A stretch of DNA of 53,747 nucleotides, filler included, from Trypethelium eluteriae (Eukaryota), in NCBI GenBank assembly GCA_051942245.1. It is 2 parts of 2 records of this genome, joined end to end, with 100 filler letters (N's around TTAATTAATTAA, not from the genome) between each part and the next. Parts side by side here need not be neighbours in the genome. Positions count along the whole stretch, not along the records: positions 26,948 to 53,747 come from JAVECL010000343.1; 1 more part is not named here. One strand, given 5' to 3'. The position numbers and the translations under genes were made by a program. The first letter of the stretch is position 1. Each line of letters opens with the position of its first letter. A model generated the notes under the pieces. The model saw nothing but the letters and a program-made list of their open reading frames with translations, was not told the origin of the DNA and did not search any database. This document shows, in pieces, positions 33,179 to 46,644 of this stretch.

Positions 33179-34384
33179 ATGCCTCACGTCCAGGACCGAG
33201 CGAATACCTTTGTCATATCCGCCGTGGCGACGTTTTTCCCCACGATTGCCATCGCTGCCTGCCGTCTTCACCACGTCATGAAGGTTCGAGGATGGCTCGG
33301 TTTTGAAGACTGCATGGTGATTGGATCCATGGTAAGTTTTATCCTGTACATTTTGCTGCAGCTCATCCAGCTAACATCAAGCCGACCTCGCTTCTTGTAA
33401 CCGGCTTAATTGGCTGCATGGCCATCGCTAACGGCTTCGGGGTACATGAGCGCGACATCAAGCGGGTCCATGGAAACTTGCAGAACGCGTTGAAGGTAGG
33501 AATAGAACCCTTCTGTTCAGAGTACATGGGCTAATGTTAGCCAGTATTTCTTCCTATACCAAGTCCTCTACAAGATTACGATCTGCTTCAACAAGCTTGC
33601 ATTTCTCCTCCTATACGATCGCATCTTTACGAACAGTGGTTTTCGAAAAGTCTGTCGGGTCACCATTGCCGTCGTGATCCTAGGTACCTTAAGTTTTCTC
33701 CTGGCCACTGTCTTCCAGTGCGAACCCATCTCCAAAAACTGGGACAAACATGCTAAAGGTCACTGCATTAACAACAGCGTCTTTCGTTGGAGCTGGGCCG
33801 CGTACAACACACTCACTGATCTGCTTATCGTCTTCATGCCCATACCGGGCGTTAGGCACCTCCAAATGAGTCGCGCGAAAAAAGTCGGGCTCATCGTGGT
33901 CTTTGGACTTGGCCTGTTTATCTGCTTCACTTCCGCCTTTAGGATGCAGGCGCTCGTCGAGAGCACGGAGCTCTCCGATACCACATGGGACTCTCTTCCG
34001 GCATTCGTCTGGTCACAAATGGAAGCTACCGTTGGCCTTCTGTGTACTAATCTGCCCTCCTTGAAAGAGCGCTTTATACAATTCTTCCCAAGGTCGTGGA
34101 CTCGCTCCCCGTCGGACAACAATGCCAGACCAGCACCCAGACCATGCAATGTCCCCGGAAAAGCAGAGAACCACCCGTCAGTCTTTGATCACGCTAGTTC
34201 GCCACAATTTGTATTTCTCTTGTTTGCTAATAATTGGTACGGATATAGTCCGGGAAACGTCGCCGCGTGTACTACAAGAACCCCTTCTCAGACTGCGAGA
34301 GCTTTGAACTCTGAGGAAGTCCTGGTAAATGTTCATGTCACTCAGACCAGGCAGTGGACAGCCCAGGTAAGGTTTAATGGATAA
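33179..34384 (+). CDS. PTH11-like (fungal rhodopsin-domain) integral membrane protein without CFEM
   Basis: CRL...GWLGFEDCMV, NGFGVH, YQVLYKITICFNKLAFLLLYDRIF, FQCEPISKNWD...GHC, NTLTDLLIVFMPIP.V.HLQM..AKK.GL..VFGLGLF, WSQMEATVGLLCTNLPSLK. At least two introns; the C-terminal exon structure is uncertain. Confidence 0.88.
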
Positions 34385-36925
34385 TCGAAGACCACCCTAA
34401 CCTCAAAACAATGGTTTTGGTAGGTCGACGTGTGATTCATATGTTAAGGACTGAGTATGAATGAAGCAAGCTGACAAGATGCCATAGAATGCTGCGTAGG
34501 CAGACAGAAAGTAATCAGATGAGGGATGTGAAGGCACGAAGGGAAAGCTATGTAGAATCTGCTCGAGATGGTTCCATCTCATTGAGACACCTATGTAGTT
34601 GAGATCTGTGTCTCTACCTGGGTGAATCCATCGGATGATTTACTCTGCAGGACCGGATGCAGCTCGGATGCAGCTCGAAGTATGTGGGAAGGGTTCGTAT
34701 TAGTATCTTACTCGTATAATAATGAAACATTCAATGAGTGTCCGATGGCTTTTCTTCCGTATTGGTAATCTCTCCAATGTCTCCTTAGGTAAGTTAGCAC
34801 TGCGAGGACTCTTGCATGATATCAAGTCAACACGCAGATTATGGACTATCATCGACTGCACTTTTTCATACATGTATATGTGGCGAAATATGATAATTCC
34901 AAATTTCTTAATCGCGAGAAAAAGGTTGAAGCCTCCCGTATCCGGGCCGCCACACGTACAGACCTATCTACTCTCCAGCTTTAAAGACAACAAATTTCAT
35001 TTTGACTGCTTTGGTGCAGAGACACTAGACTACGTTGCCTTCTAGACCTGTCTTTAGGCAGAAGTCTGAAGCATGGGTCCTGAATTCTGTCATAGTGCTT
35101 CACGGAATTGATTGGACTTCTTTGGGAATAAAGACATCACCAAGGAACCGACTTCATGAGCGACCCTTTCTTTACCCAGGCGTGTGTCGTTTTTATTCTC
35201 TAAGATTCTTGTCGGGACTGTAAAGCGACTTCAGCCATTCCCAGGGTGGCTAGACATACGCCCGGTTCTGTAAATGCTCAGGCTCTGCTTCGAGCTGAAT
35301 CTTTCGAAAGTAACGACTAAATAAGGATAGGATATAGGGTTTCGCTTCGTCATCACTATTTCTGAGACCTGAATATCGTACGCGAGACTACTCATCGGGA
35401 TCACATCATGGATCTAAGCCTCTTCGGAAGAGTAATTTCCGTTTGGACACTATCACTTCAAGACCAATGGATTCCACCAACTTCGTCTAGTGTGTTCTCG
35501 GTTGTTTCATGTCAGCCAGTATTGTCATCATGTTACAGTCCGCAGCTGCAGAGATGCAGGACAATCAGTATCAGGAAGTACTGTCTCATTCAGTAGTCGT
35601 TCCTACTACTACCCTAGTTTCGTGGCGTATTTGATGTTGCTAAGTATGTCTCGACATCGAGCTCGAGCGAAGGAATGAGGTATGGAGCGAGAGTCTCCTT
35701 CTGGTAAGGACTGGGATAAGAGAGAAGAGGGGTCATTTGGGTCAGCGCGGTCAGGACCTGCTGCCGATTTGAGGCAGATTGAAAAAGGCTCCGTGGGATG
35801 AGCCGACTCGTTTGAACTTTTTCAACATAACCTCGTGAGCATGCGTTGCCCGGGAAGGTACTGTAGCCGCTGTGAATGAAGACATAGTGCCGAGAATTGA
35901 TGTAGCTGTGGCCTTATCAAGAGAAGAGGCGCATGCGAAGAGAGGACACATAGAACCGTTCGCCTCGGCCAGGGATAAACTAGGTGTTGCCAGGAAGACA
36001 TTACCTAGAGTAGGGGAATTGTCCAGGGCAGGGGTTCAATGTAGCCAATCTAGGCTTCGGTTCCCTATTTGTCGATATCTGAAGTGCAGACGTTGAAATA
36101 TTTGGCAAATGTTGAACAAGAGCTTTTGTGAAAGCTTCTAAATACAACCTGCGGGAGATATTGCCGTAAGACTGTGGGCTGCCATGGGATGTCAGGATTC
36201 GTGGCTGCCAGAGTATCGAACAGCCAAACACCAAGTTGGCCAATGTTTAGTCTCCACAGGTCTATGGGTCCTCCAACTAATATTCTAGAAACACCATGCC
36301 TTATTGGCTTGCACCTGTTTCAGAATGGAATGAAATGTCGCAAAAGAAATGCGGATCAAGAGGTCACGTAGAGTATGGCGCGGAGTATGCTAATTCGTTT
36401 CCCTATGAGCAAAGGAGGGTCTAGCAAATTCTCTCAAACCTTACACGACTGTGGCCTAAAGGATCTGCTGGTGGACCGGTGAGATAGATTGCTTAGCTTA
36501 ATTCTTTCCGTTTGCAGCTTAGCTTTGCCAGGGTGTTCATCGCCTTACGTGCGAAATTAGAGTATGACTTACATACCGTCAGTCAACGCACGATCACGCA
36601 TCTTGCATGACAATAACGCAGAGGATTGCGAATGCGCCAGTGCGCCAGTAATGTCGATGCCTATCAGAAGTGCTGAAGCAACATGCAGGTGAGTGAAGGG
36701 ACTTGGTCACCGTGTCGGAACCTGCTTCACGGCAGCAGTAATCGGCATGAGAACACGCCTGCAGCAGTCTACTGAACTGGCGAGACACGCGCATCGGAGG
36801 AGATGAGGGGAACACTAGCACCGAATGTGCGGTAGCAAACGGTGAAACCATACGTGTCATCCTTCAAACCTATGTTTGACAGCTCGCTTGCATTCAGCAG
36901 CGACATCAGCCACTTCAGTGGAACA

Positions 36926-39000
36926 ATGTCTTCGAATGGGACGCTGAACGGGACAACTACGAATGATAAGTCTTTCACTGTAGCGGATTTATTCCTGCAG
37001 GCATTGGCGGATGTAGGTTAGACCCTTTGACTTCCCCCCCCCTTCTTGCGGTACGCAACTGGCTTGAGCCGCCTCATTGGGAGCATATCCGTCCCGTCAC
37101 TTTTAGTTCCCGCTCTATTGCACCACCATTGATCCGGCTCTTGGACTCTATGGTCCTTTGACGGGTTGAGGGTCTGCTTGACTAATGCTTGAAATTCGCA
37201 GGCTGGTGTAGATTATCTCTTTGCCGTGCTGGGTTCTGATCATCCAAGCATCATCGAGGCTTACACCCGGAGACAACATGAGGACAAAACATATCCTCGA
37301 ATGGTGATCTTCTTGCATGAGGTACCCCACCGCAAGCTTTCTCAAGTAAATAAAACTGACGGAAGCACCAGTTTGTCGCTCTTTCTGCGGCGGATGCGTA
37401 CGGACGAATAACTCGAAAGCCACAATGCGTACTTGTTCACGTCGACGTCGGTACTGCAGCTCTGGGACAGGGCTTGCACAATGCCTCTAGCGGTAAAGCA
37501 CCTGTCCTGATCTTTGCCGGTTTGGCCCCCTTTACGTTGTACGGAGAGCTACCCGGTTCTCGATCCGAGCACGTTCATTGGTATCAGGACTGCCCCAATC
37601 CTCAATCGATCGTTGGTCCGTATAGTCGGTATTCCAACGAGATCAAGTCTGGTGAACACGTCCGCATGATGGTCAATCGTGCCATGCTTATGGCTTCTAC
37701 GGGCAACCCGGGGCCAACCTACCTAACAGCGACGAGGGAGGCCCTAGCTGCATCAGCTCGGGTGGAGCCTGAAGTGCAAAAGACTCGACCGATCCCCACT
37801 TGTAAACTTGGCGGACTTCCCTCTGATGCTGTTGAAGAGATCGGAAACGCTTTGCTCTTCGCTGTTCGTCCACTCGTCGTCACTGGCTACCTCGGGCGAT
37901 CCCATGAAGCTGTGAAGGCCCTGAAAGACCTGGCAGATCTTGTAGGGACTCTGAGAGTCTTCGACTTTGAAGCGCGCACGGTTTCATTCCCAGCAAGTCA
38001 CCCTGCGACTCTCTTCCGCGCTACAGGCGCTGCAGCAGCCATCAAAAGTGCAGATGTGATCTTGGTCATCGATGCAGACGTGCCATGGATTCCCACCAAA
38101 GTCAAGCCGTCAGACTCTGCAAAAATTTATCACATCGATATCGACCCACGCAAGGACAGAATGATGCTCTTTGACATATTTGCGGCGGGCTCCTACAATG
38201 CCGAGGCAAGTGTGGCACTCGAACAGCTGCGCCACTGTATTTCTATCTCCCCTTGGCTTGCATCGCAACAAGTTAACTTTCGTTTGCAAAGGCAGGAGCT
38301 TGAGGAAGCCCATGCGAAGGGTCTGGAATTACTAGCGGAACGGGCCAAGCCTAGCGAGGATGGCTTGCTCACCAAGGACTATCTTTTCGCTTCGCTCAGG
38401 CGTTTGCTCCCCGACGATGCCATATTTGTCAGTGACTCCGTCACGAACCAGGTGCCCCTCATGGAGCAGCTTCAGCTCAACATTCCAGGATGTTCTTTCA
38501 GCAAGGGTGGATCTGGCCTTGGCTGGGCGGGTGGTGCTGCCGTTGGTATCAAGCTAGCAACAGACATTTACGATACTAACCATCATCGTGGCATCCAACG
38601 TCGAGAGAATGCCCCCACATACAACTCCAGATTCGTATGCGAGGTCATCGGCGACGGTAGTTTCGTCTTTGGTGTTCCAAGCGCGGTTTACTGGGCTCAG
38701 CATCGATTCCGGATCCCTTTCTTGACTATCATCATCAATAATGGAGGCTGGAAGGCAACAAGAGGGTGCATCAACGATGTGCACCCGGGTGGAATGGCCG
38801 CAGCGATGACAGATGATGGACTCGGAATCGATTTGAAAAACGGTGGGCCGGATTATTGCGGAATTGCGAAGAGTGCGGCGAATGGGAATCTAGAGGCGTG
38901 GAAGGTAGAGACATGGGAGGCGTTGGACGGGATCCTCAAGAAAGCCGTGGACGAAGTGAAGGCTGGAAAGGGGGCACTGATTGATGCAGTCATCAAGTAA
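36926..39000 (+). CDS. Thiamine-pyrophosphate-dependent enzyme (acetolactate synthase-like / decarboxylase superfamily), 3 exons
   Basis: TVADLFLQALAD/AGVDYLFAVLGSDHPSIIEA...LHE/FVALSAADAYGR...VHVDVGT, PVLIFAG, and the TPP motif GDGSF...NNGGW. Confidence 0.92.
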
Positions 39001-40423
39001 TTTTGATGGGCAAAAGGTGCCGAAACTGGGAGGATTGGTCTCGTTGGTTGTGAGCCTCTGCCATCATAATTATCCAGTGGTATTAATTTTCATGATTGTC
39101 GTCGCCTTGGGGCTGAGCTGGTGTCCGACCAGAGCTAGCCTGCAAATCTCAGAACTCATGGACCATAGGGGGTCGACATTTTGTTGGGGAGAATTCCAGC
39201 TCGTGCAGAGTAGAAATAGGACTTTCATATTCTATAGGTCGCTCCTCTGTCGATTCCGCCTTGTATCTCTTCTCCTATGTGTGATACTTTCAAGCCCTCA
39301 ATTACAAGGCAATGTTTCGAAACGCTAGAATGAAGCGCCTCGAAACCATTGGAAGGGACATATCAGCAGAATGGGATGGCTCGTGAATTCTTGACTCCCC
39401 CGTAATGCCCTTGGTAATGTGGCGTAAGTGGTTAGGCAAGATTGATAATGGTTTAGATTCGCTTATCGATAGAGGAGGATTTGCTAGAAGGGGCGCGCCA
39501 GGATCTTTCATTTCCGGTCGAGCACCTTCACGGTGGCATTTGCTGACAGCCACCAGCACACTATGGGGCTGGAGCCCGTCAGCCCTCGTATCCTACCGAG
39601 AACGGAGGCGTTGACGAGCAGACACAGAATACGCACATTCTACGTCTGGAGTACGATGACAGGACGTGAGAGAACCACCAGAGTGCGAGATTATCTCACC
39701 GTAAGTGGCGTAAAGGGGGAAGGCTCGCTCGCTTTCGAAGCCCAAAACGCTACCTACCGTGAAACATATCTCCTTGATCCGTGCCTGTGCCGTTACTTCG
39801 CGCGATCCTCTCTTATGCTCTTCCTTCAAACTCGACAATTCCATTTGACGGACGGCTTCCCCAATCTCTGTGGCGACTTTTTGCGCGAGATGCATTTATC
39901 CAACATCCTTGAGCAAAGTTCCAGTGACGAATTCATCCGACTGCCTTTTGCCCACGGAGACATGGACAGGAACCTTAAAGTGTCAATTCTTTAAAATTCA
40001 CGCGAATGGCAAAGCTGGCTTTCATGGAATGTAACCCACCTTCGCTGGTTGATTTCAGCTACCATACGCCTATTTAATCAAGTCTTTATTTGCTTGCGAG
40101 GATTTTCAGCCCTCGACGGTAACGGGCTTATTATCATCACTAAATCCTGCCGCCCCAATGGGAAGACCCCGGCCCCCAAAAAGCAATGATAGCATTTTCA
40201 GGAGAGGACTTTATTTAGAAAAGGACAAACGTGCGTTCACCTGCATAACGGCGATCTGCGCCAATGTTACGCAGATCCAGATCATCCGGTCAAATGCGTG
40301 TATAAAGACAGCATCAACCGTTGAAGCGACAAAAAAGGCTAAACATTCTCTTCATCATCATACTTTCCTAAGCAATCCTCAAAAACACTCGTTTGACGCT
40401 TATCTACCAGTCTTACTTTCACT

Positions 40424-40973
40424 ATGCAGCTCTACCTCTCCTTCGCATCTGCGCTTCTCGCCCTGCAGCCAGCCATGGCTCAGTCGCTGACCTTCTATCT
40501 TGGCAACTTCACCAGTGAGTCCTCTATTCCTGCAATTCTCAGGTATCTACTTCTGTAGCCCTATCTTAATCTCCCCCTCACATAAAGGCTTCTCGGAGTC
40601 CGGTCCTGGCGGCGACGACACTTTCAAGGTCGGCGCTTGGATCACGACTGACTCGAGCGAGACGGGCGTCTGCAACGACGCCACGCTACCCCCACAATAC
40701 CAGACCGTCAACGGCACCGCCGACCCCAACGGCATCGACTTCTGCGGCTACAACCTCTGCGGCGACACCACGCTGGGCCAGGGCGGCAACTGCATCCGGG
40801 TCGATGGGCCCTGGCCGCCATCTGGGGAGTGGTTCGCGCAGCTGCACAGCAACACCGGCGACGCCTCCGGACATTGCGAGTACCAGTATTCGGTGTCGTA
40901 TGACTGTTCGGATGCGGGGACGAGCAGCACGTATGAGCAGCAGTTGGTGTGCTATCTCGACGGGAGCTGTTGA
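40424..40973 (+). CDS. Small secreted cysteine-rich protein (158 aa, 8 Cys), 2 exons
   Basis: Signal peptide MQLYLSFASALLALQPAMA-Q. Intron 40515-40587 (GTGAGT...AAAG) joins in frame. C-ending codon bias; TATAAA at 40301. Confidence 0.88.
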
Positions 40974-42086
40974 TTGTGGAAGTCTTCTGGGCAGAGGTGA
41001 AGAGGACCCATGGCAATGGCTCGAGATAGTGGTGCTATATTTTTCATTTTACCAGGAGGTTCACAGTCCTAAATTTGGTCCTACTTCATGGCACCGCATT
41101 TCCGCGTGGCCCAGTATTCAGAGCGGAGTTCACATATGAAATGTTCTAGATGAATTCATCACACAATTGAGTCAATCTCGTTTGCGTGCTGCCTGCGAAC
41201 CACCAATACCAATTCGGGATATCCCCAACCTCTCTTTCTGATGGGATTCGCTATACTCGAGCAGAAGAGCAGATGACCGAGGGAAACTTGCTAAAGATAG
41301 AATAACATACCTTAAGTATATATATATTAACGTGACATCTGCCTATTGGTGGTAGACTTAATCTAAAAGTGGCCAGAGATGCGGCTAGTTAGTATCGCCT
41401 TCGATCGACTTCACAAATCTTCTAGTTGAGCAGTTTGCTGGCACATCAATCGCTATATCGTCATCGATGTTAGAACATGTATAGTCTGAGAGTTGCGCTA
41501 CGCTCGTGTCGAACAGTCTGCTGCTATCAACAGAGAACGACAGTCTCAGTGAGATCGGAAGGTATCTGGAGGTATAAGCTGTGTGCTTGAGTGAGCGGCG
41601 TAGACATGGATCCTCCTCATATACGCTTCCATCAGGTGTCTAGTGTTATTTGATGAGCCAAAATACGCATCAAATCTACTCATCAACTTGAGCCGATCAA
41701 AATTCCTCGGAACGTCTTTGAACGATGGTAAGAAAAAAAAAACAAGGATCCACAATGCTTACCAGTGTCGTTCTCAAACGGAATAATGGACTTTGGGGAC
41801 GACTGTGTGTTATCCCAGGTGCGCACCATCTGAGCGCAACTTGTTCCGGAAGCAGTGTGGGGAGTTCCAAACATTTTTTCCCTCCAACACATGGTTTGGC
41901 CAGACGTCCGACTTCGTAGACGCGGTTCTTTTTGTTTTGGACCTTTACGCGTCGGCAACGTCATCCCGTATTGACAGGAGCGCACGCTATGGTGAAGACG
42001 CGCCATGCAAGATAGAAACATCTCTGAACAGCACAGTCGCCCCATCATTCGATTCATTCACTTCATGACAACCTCCGACTATTAAA

Positions 42087-43429
42087 ATGCCTACCTTTCG
42101 GAGCATACGTGTTGCTCTTTGTAACGATTATGATACTCATGGTACCCCAGAGTTCAAGGATGGTTCCTTGGACATCAAAGGTCCTATCTTCGATGTTTAT
42201 GCGCCAACTTACCATGGATCTCCTCTGCACGTCAAATATTCTATCCTGCCGCCGCAGCCGGAAAATAGCTATTTCCTCTTCAAGCTCTTCGTGAACGGCA
42301 TACACTTCGTCAGTTGGGGGACTGGACCAGAGGACGGATACAAAGGAAAGGTCTCGTTTGGACTTTTCAATGGAGGCGAGAATGAAAGAGGACATATCAT
42401 TATAGAGAAGAAGGCCTTGGCATTCTCGGAGGCATGGAAGAATAATACAGATCAACGACAGGGTCTGTTGGAGATCAAAGTGCATAGAGCAAATGCTCGA
42501 AGGAGGGTGACGAAAGACTTCGAACCTGGCGATTTCTGTCGTGGAAGCGATGAGACCAAAGCTCCAAGTCTCGTAGAGTAAGCCTCAGATCCAACATTGG
42601 AGCGGTAGAGCACTGACCAATGATCAGCATTCGCTCTTACGGATATTTGAAGAAACCGGAAAAGCAACGTTACTATGAGTACGCGCTTTTAGATCCAAAA
42701 GATTCTCCATTCGTGAACTTTAGATATCATTTTATGAATCTGGGTAAGGCAGGCGACTGTTTCATTCTTCAAAGCTCCAAAGTCGACTGATCTGCGCTTA
42801 CAGAGCAACTTGAGGCGCTCGCTGGCCTTGCAGAGCAGGACGAGACGCCTAGAAATCAATCCGCAGGTTCATCGATTGAGGGATCTGCCAGTCGTTACAG
42901 TACCGCTACTTCATCTGATCTGCCATCCGCGATTCATACCCCGACCTCTATCAGTGCACAGTCTGAACTAGAAATGGCTTCACCGTTAGAGATAGCGAAT
43001 CATCAGGGGACAAATACGCAGACCATGTTCAACGGAACAGATAATTTTTGTCGCCGTCTCTCCTTCCCACCACGGACGCGTCTCCTGCCAACATCTTCGC
43101 AAGATCTCCTTCGCGAACATTCGCTCGTACCACGGAAGCCAGGGACCTTACACAGTGCGGATCTGTCATTAATGAGATCTACTACGGAAGATGCCCTCGG
43201 CCGATACGGAGTAGCGATCACACCCCCTGAGCGGCCCTGTGCCGTAGGAACGATTGAGAACATGGAGAGTTCAGACTCATCGCTTGACAGGAGTCAGAAG
43301 AGCAGGCTGTTAGCCGCAAGGGGATTGAAAGGCGTCGTAGCGAATGCGTTGAGAAGGAAGGCCACAGGTTCAGATGAGAAGGCAAAGAACAATGGAGCAA
43401 GATGCGATCATGGGTCTGAGCAAAGCTAG
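42087..43429 (+). CDS. Conserved hypothetical fungal protein, 3 exons
   Basis: MPTFRSIRVAL...DVYAPTY...YFLFKLFVNG.HFVSWG...LEIKVHRANARRR / IRSYGYLKKPEKQRYYEYALLDPKDSPFVNFRYH / Ser-rich tail. Canonical GTAAG introns near 42578 and 42744. Confidence 0.75.
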
Positions 43430-43814
43430 TCAGAAATTCGATGGCAGTGTGGCTGGGAGAGGAGGGGACAACAGATGGTGTCGGAGGCAGGTGCCATCAC
43501 TATTCGCGTCTCTTTTCCCATTGATAGGGGATAGAAGTAAGTACGGAGTACATTCTAGCAGCGCGGAGATGTTAGCCTTTGCACTGGGTTGCAGCGGGAC
43601 CTTGCAGGAGTCCGGGATCGCCGTCGCGTTTCCCCACAGTCCCAGCTCAATGGTGGCTGGGCTGGATCCCGTCATCACCGGACCAACACCACCAGCGCTT
43701 CCTTCATCCCATCTCAGCCTGGCTGTGTATATTTATCTGAAGCTTCAGTCCTGTTCTTGCCAATGACCTTGAATTGACCCACTAGTGTCCTTCACTTTTG
43801 TACCAAACTCTAAA

Positions 43815-46644
43815 ATGCGGCAAAGACGAACTTTCGCAGCCGTCGCAGTTTCGGTGCTCACGGCGAGCTTAGCTGGAGCTTCCGTTCTGACACCTCCCAC
43901 TCTTCCACTCATTGTTCGCAACCCATATCTGAACACGCATCTTTCAAATGCCAGAGATGCGCCATGGAGTAAATGGCCTATCTTTTGGACAGGAGAAGAG
44001 GTAAGTTGCCAGCTAATCCCTTCATTCCGTCGGACCGTGGTGACTCCCGAGCTTGACTGGCTTCGGATGGTCAAGCTAATTTGGCTTTCGATGTAGATTG
44101 GCTTTTCCATCCTTGCTTCGGTCGGCGAGTCAGCTACATTGTATCCTCTACTTGGACGTGCACACGACTCATTGGAAGATGACGATGGGTAAGTGCTGGT
44201 GCAGCGATGCTATGCCTCCTGGTCGGCTTATGAATATGTAGATATACAATTGAAGAGCCGTCGTATCTTGGCGCCAACTTCGATGCCTCTACTACAAATC
44301 TCACCTACCATATTCCAAATCCGAATCATGGTTCCGATTTAGAACTCATCCTGTCCTTCCTCTCGCCAATCACTCCTAGTTCTACCCTACGCCAATCTCT
44401 CCCCGCCGCCTATGTTACCGTATATGTCGAGGGTAGTTTCGATGTCAATGTCTATATTGACGTCAATGGGCAGTGGGTCAGCGGGAATCGAGAGCCAGCA
44501 CTTGAGTGGGATTTGAAGAAAAACACCGACAACGAAGATAAGGAGCTGAAGACATGGGTTATCAAGAAAAGAGACCAACAGCTATTCACTGAAGTCAACG
44601 ACCGTTCGGAATGGGGTGCGCTCCATGTTACTGCCCCTTCTGTAAGGATTCAGCATGTGTCGTGCCGTTGAGGGGAAGTGCGCTAATCATTATCCAGGAT
44701 GTTCACCATGACGTGGACTCCTCCCAGATGGTCCGAAGGAAGTTTGCAAGATCTGGTACGCTATCGGATGGTCCTACCAGGTATTTCTGGGGTGTGAGTC
44801 AAAGGGAAGAGCCCCCAGTCTTTGCGTTCTCAAAGTCCTTTCGACTATCCTCCTCAGACCAAGATTCTGAGGCAGTGGATCAGCGCAAAAGAGACAGTGT
44901 CTTATTCACGATAGCCCACATTCAGGAACCTATCGCCCAATATGCTTCTGCTCGTGGATTGACGTATATGCGTCCGCTTTGGCAGTCATGGTTCTCTTCA
45001 GATGAAGCTATGCTTTCGTGGCATTATCATGACTTCAAGCACGCCAATAAATTGGCTCAGAACTACACCGATCAGGTTGGCCATGATGCGTATCAATCAG
45101 GTGGCGAAAACTACCGCGACATCATATTTCTGTCCGCACGACAGTCGATAGGAGGTACATCATTTGTCGGCACTCCTGACAGTCCGCTACTTTTCTTGAA
45201 GGAAATTTCTTCCAACGGCAATTCTCAAACGATCGATGTCATTTTCCCTGCTTTCCCATTCTTCCTATATACTAATCCTAGGTGGCTTGCATACCTACTT
45301 GAGCCTCTCATCGAGCATATGCTGAGCGGACAGTATCCCCGCAAATCAGCCATGCATGATTTGGGCACTCATTTCCCTAACTTGACAGGACATGCTGATG
45401 GAAACGATGAATATATGCCGGTCGAGGAATGCGGTGACATTCTCATTATGGGACTTGCACTTGTCAATTCACTTGACTATGGCGCAGGCCAAAACGCGCC
45501 GTCCATCTGGTCTTCGCTAGGTCGCAATTCTATTACGGAACAGCAATTATCACAAAATCCGTTTGCCCTTGCCGTTGAGGATGATGGCGAGGTCCACGGA
45601 CTTGATGACTCTTGGGGAGGAACAGCAGATTCCAAAGGTCTCCGTCAGGCTCAGAGATGGGTTGGGCGCAGCTACGAGGTTTGGAAGCAATGGACCGAAT
45701 ATCTCATTGAGTATACACTCGAGCCAGAAAACCAGCTCTCCACCGACGATTTTGCCGGCTGGCTTGCACTTCAGACGAATCTCGCTCTGAAGGGTATCAT
45801 TGGCATCAAAGCTATGAGTGAACTCTCCGAAGTCATTGGCAACGACAAAGACGCCAAATATTATCGCAACATCTCTGAAGTCTACATCAAGAAGTGGGAG
45901 AAATTTGGCATGAGTCGAGATGGCAGCCATGCAAAACTCGCCTACGACTGGTACGGCAGCTGGACGACTCTCTACAGCCTCTACGCCGACGCCATCCTCT
46001 GCTTTCATCCCAGCACCGACTTCAGCAACACTTCCGCCGCTTCCCGCCATCCTCACGATGACCCGGACCACTCCATCCAAGCTCCACTCCGCTCCTATCC
46101 TCCTTCCCCCAAGCTCCCCCACTCCCGGCCTTCAATCACCTCCAACTTTATCCCAAGCCACATCTACACGCGCCAGTCCTCCTGGTACTGGGCAGTTCAT
46201 CAAACATATGGACTCCCCCTCGACTCCCGCCACCTCTACACCAAATCCGACTGGGAGTTCGAAGCCGCAGCCGTCGCGTCTCCCTCCGTCCGCGCGCTCA
46301 TCACGGCCAAGATCGCCAAGTGGCTCAACGAGACGAGCACGGATCGGCCCTTCACTGATCTGTATGAGACGGAAGGAGACGGTGGCTGGCCGGGTCCGCA
46401 CTTCTTCAATCGGCCCGTGGTCGGGGCGCACTTTGCGAGCTTGGCTTTGGAGAGGGCCTGCCAGGGACGAAACCGCGAGGTCTTTGCAGGGATGAATTGG
46501 GGGAGTGAGGAGATGACTAGGCAGGAGGCGGAGTGGGCGGTTCTGAGGGAGGAGATGGAGGTTTTGACGAAGGGGCAGCAGGACGAGGAGGCTAGGGAGG
46601 AGGTCGAGGGAGATTTTGTGGAGGTGGAGAAAATCGAACTGTGA
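43815..46644 (+). CDS. gtaA: Secreted glutaminase GtaA family protein (DUF4965/DUF1793-type), 4 exons
   Basis: Signal peptide plus TPPTLPLIVRNPYL, FLSPITP.STLRQSLP, FLKEISSNGNSQTIDVIFP, AMHDLGTHFPN, YMPVEECG, NQLSTDDFAG.LA.QTNLALKGIIGI, YGLPLDSRHLYTKSDW, RPVVGAHF. Confidence 0.92.

Noticed and set aside
35750..36300. Minus-strand fragment GERFY...YSTFP..AC faintly reminiscent of Helitron Rep/helicase
   Set aside because: The similarity is only a few residues among multiple stops and is indistinguishable from chance without a search.
37013..37201. TPP riboswitch in the TPP-enzyme intron
   Set aside because: Only TTGATCCGG resembles the aptamer; the CUGAGA element and the UAAU..CAGCG stem-loop are absent.
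39533..39994. 153-aa ORF between the TPP enzyme and the secreted protein
   Set aside because: No motif, codon bias or good start context.
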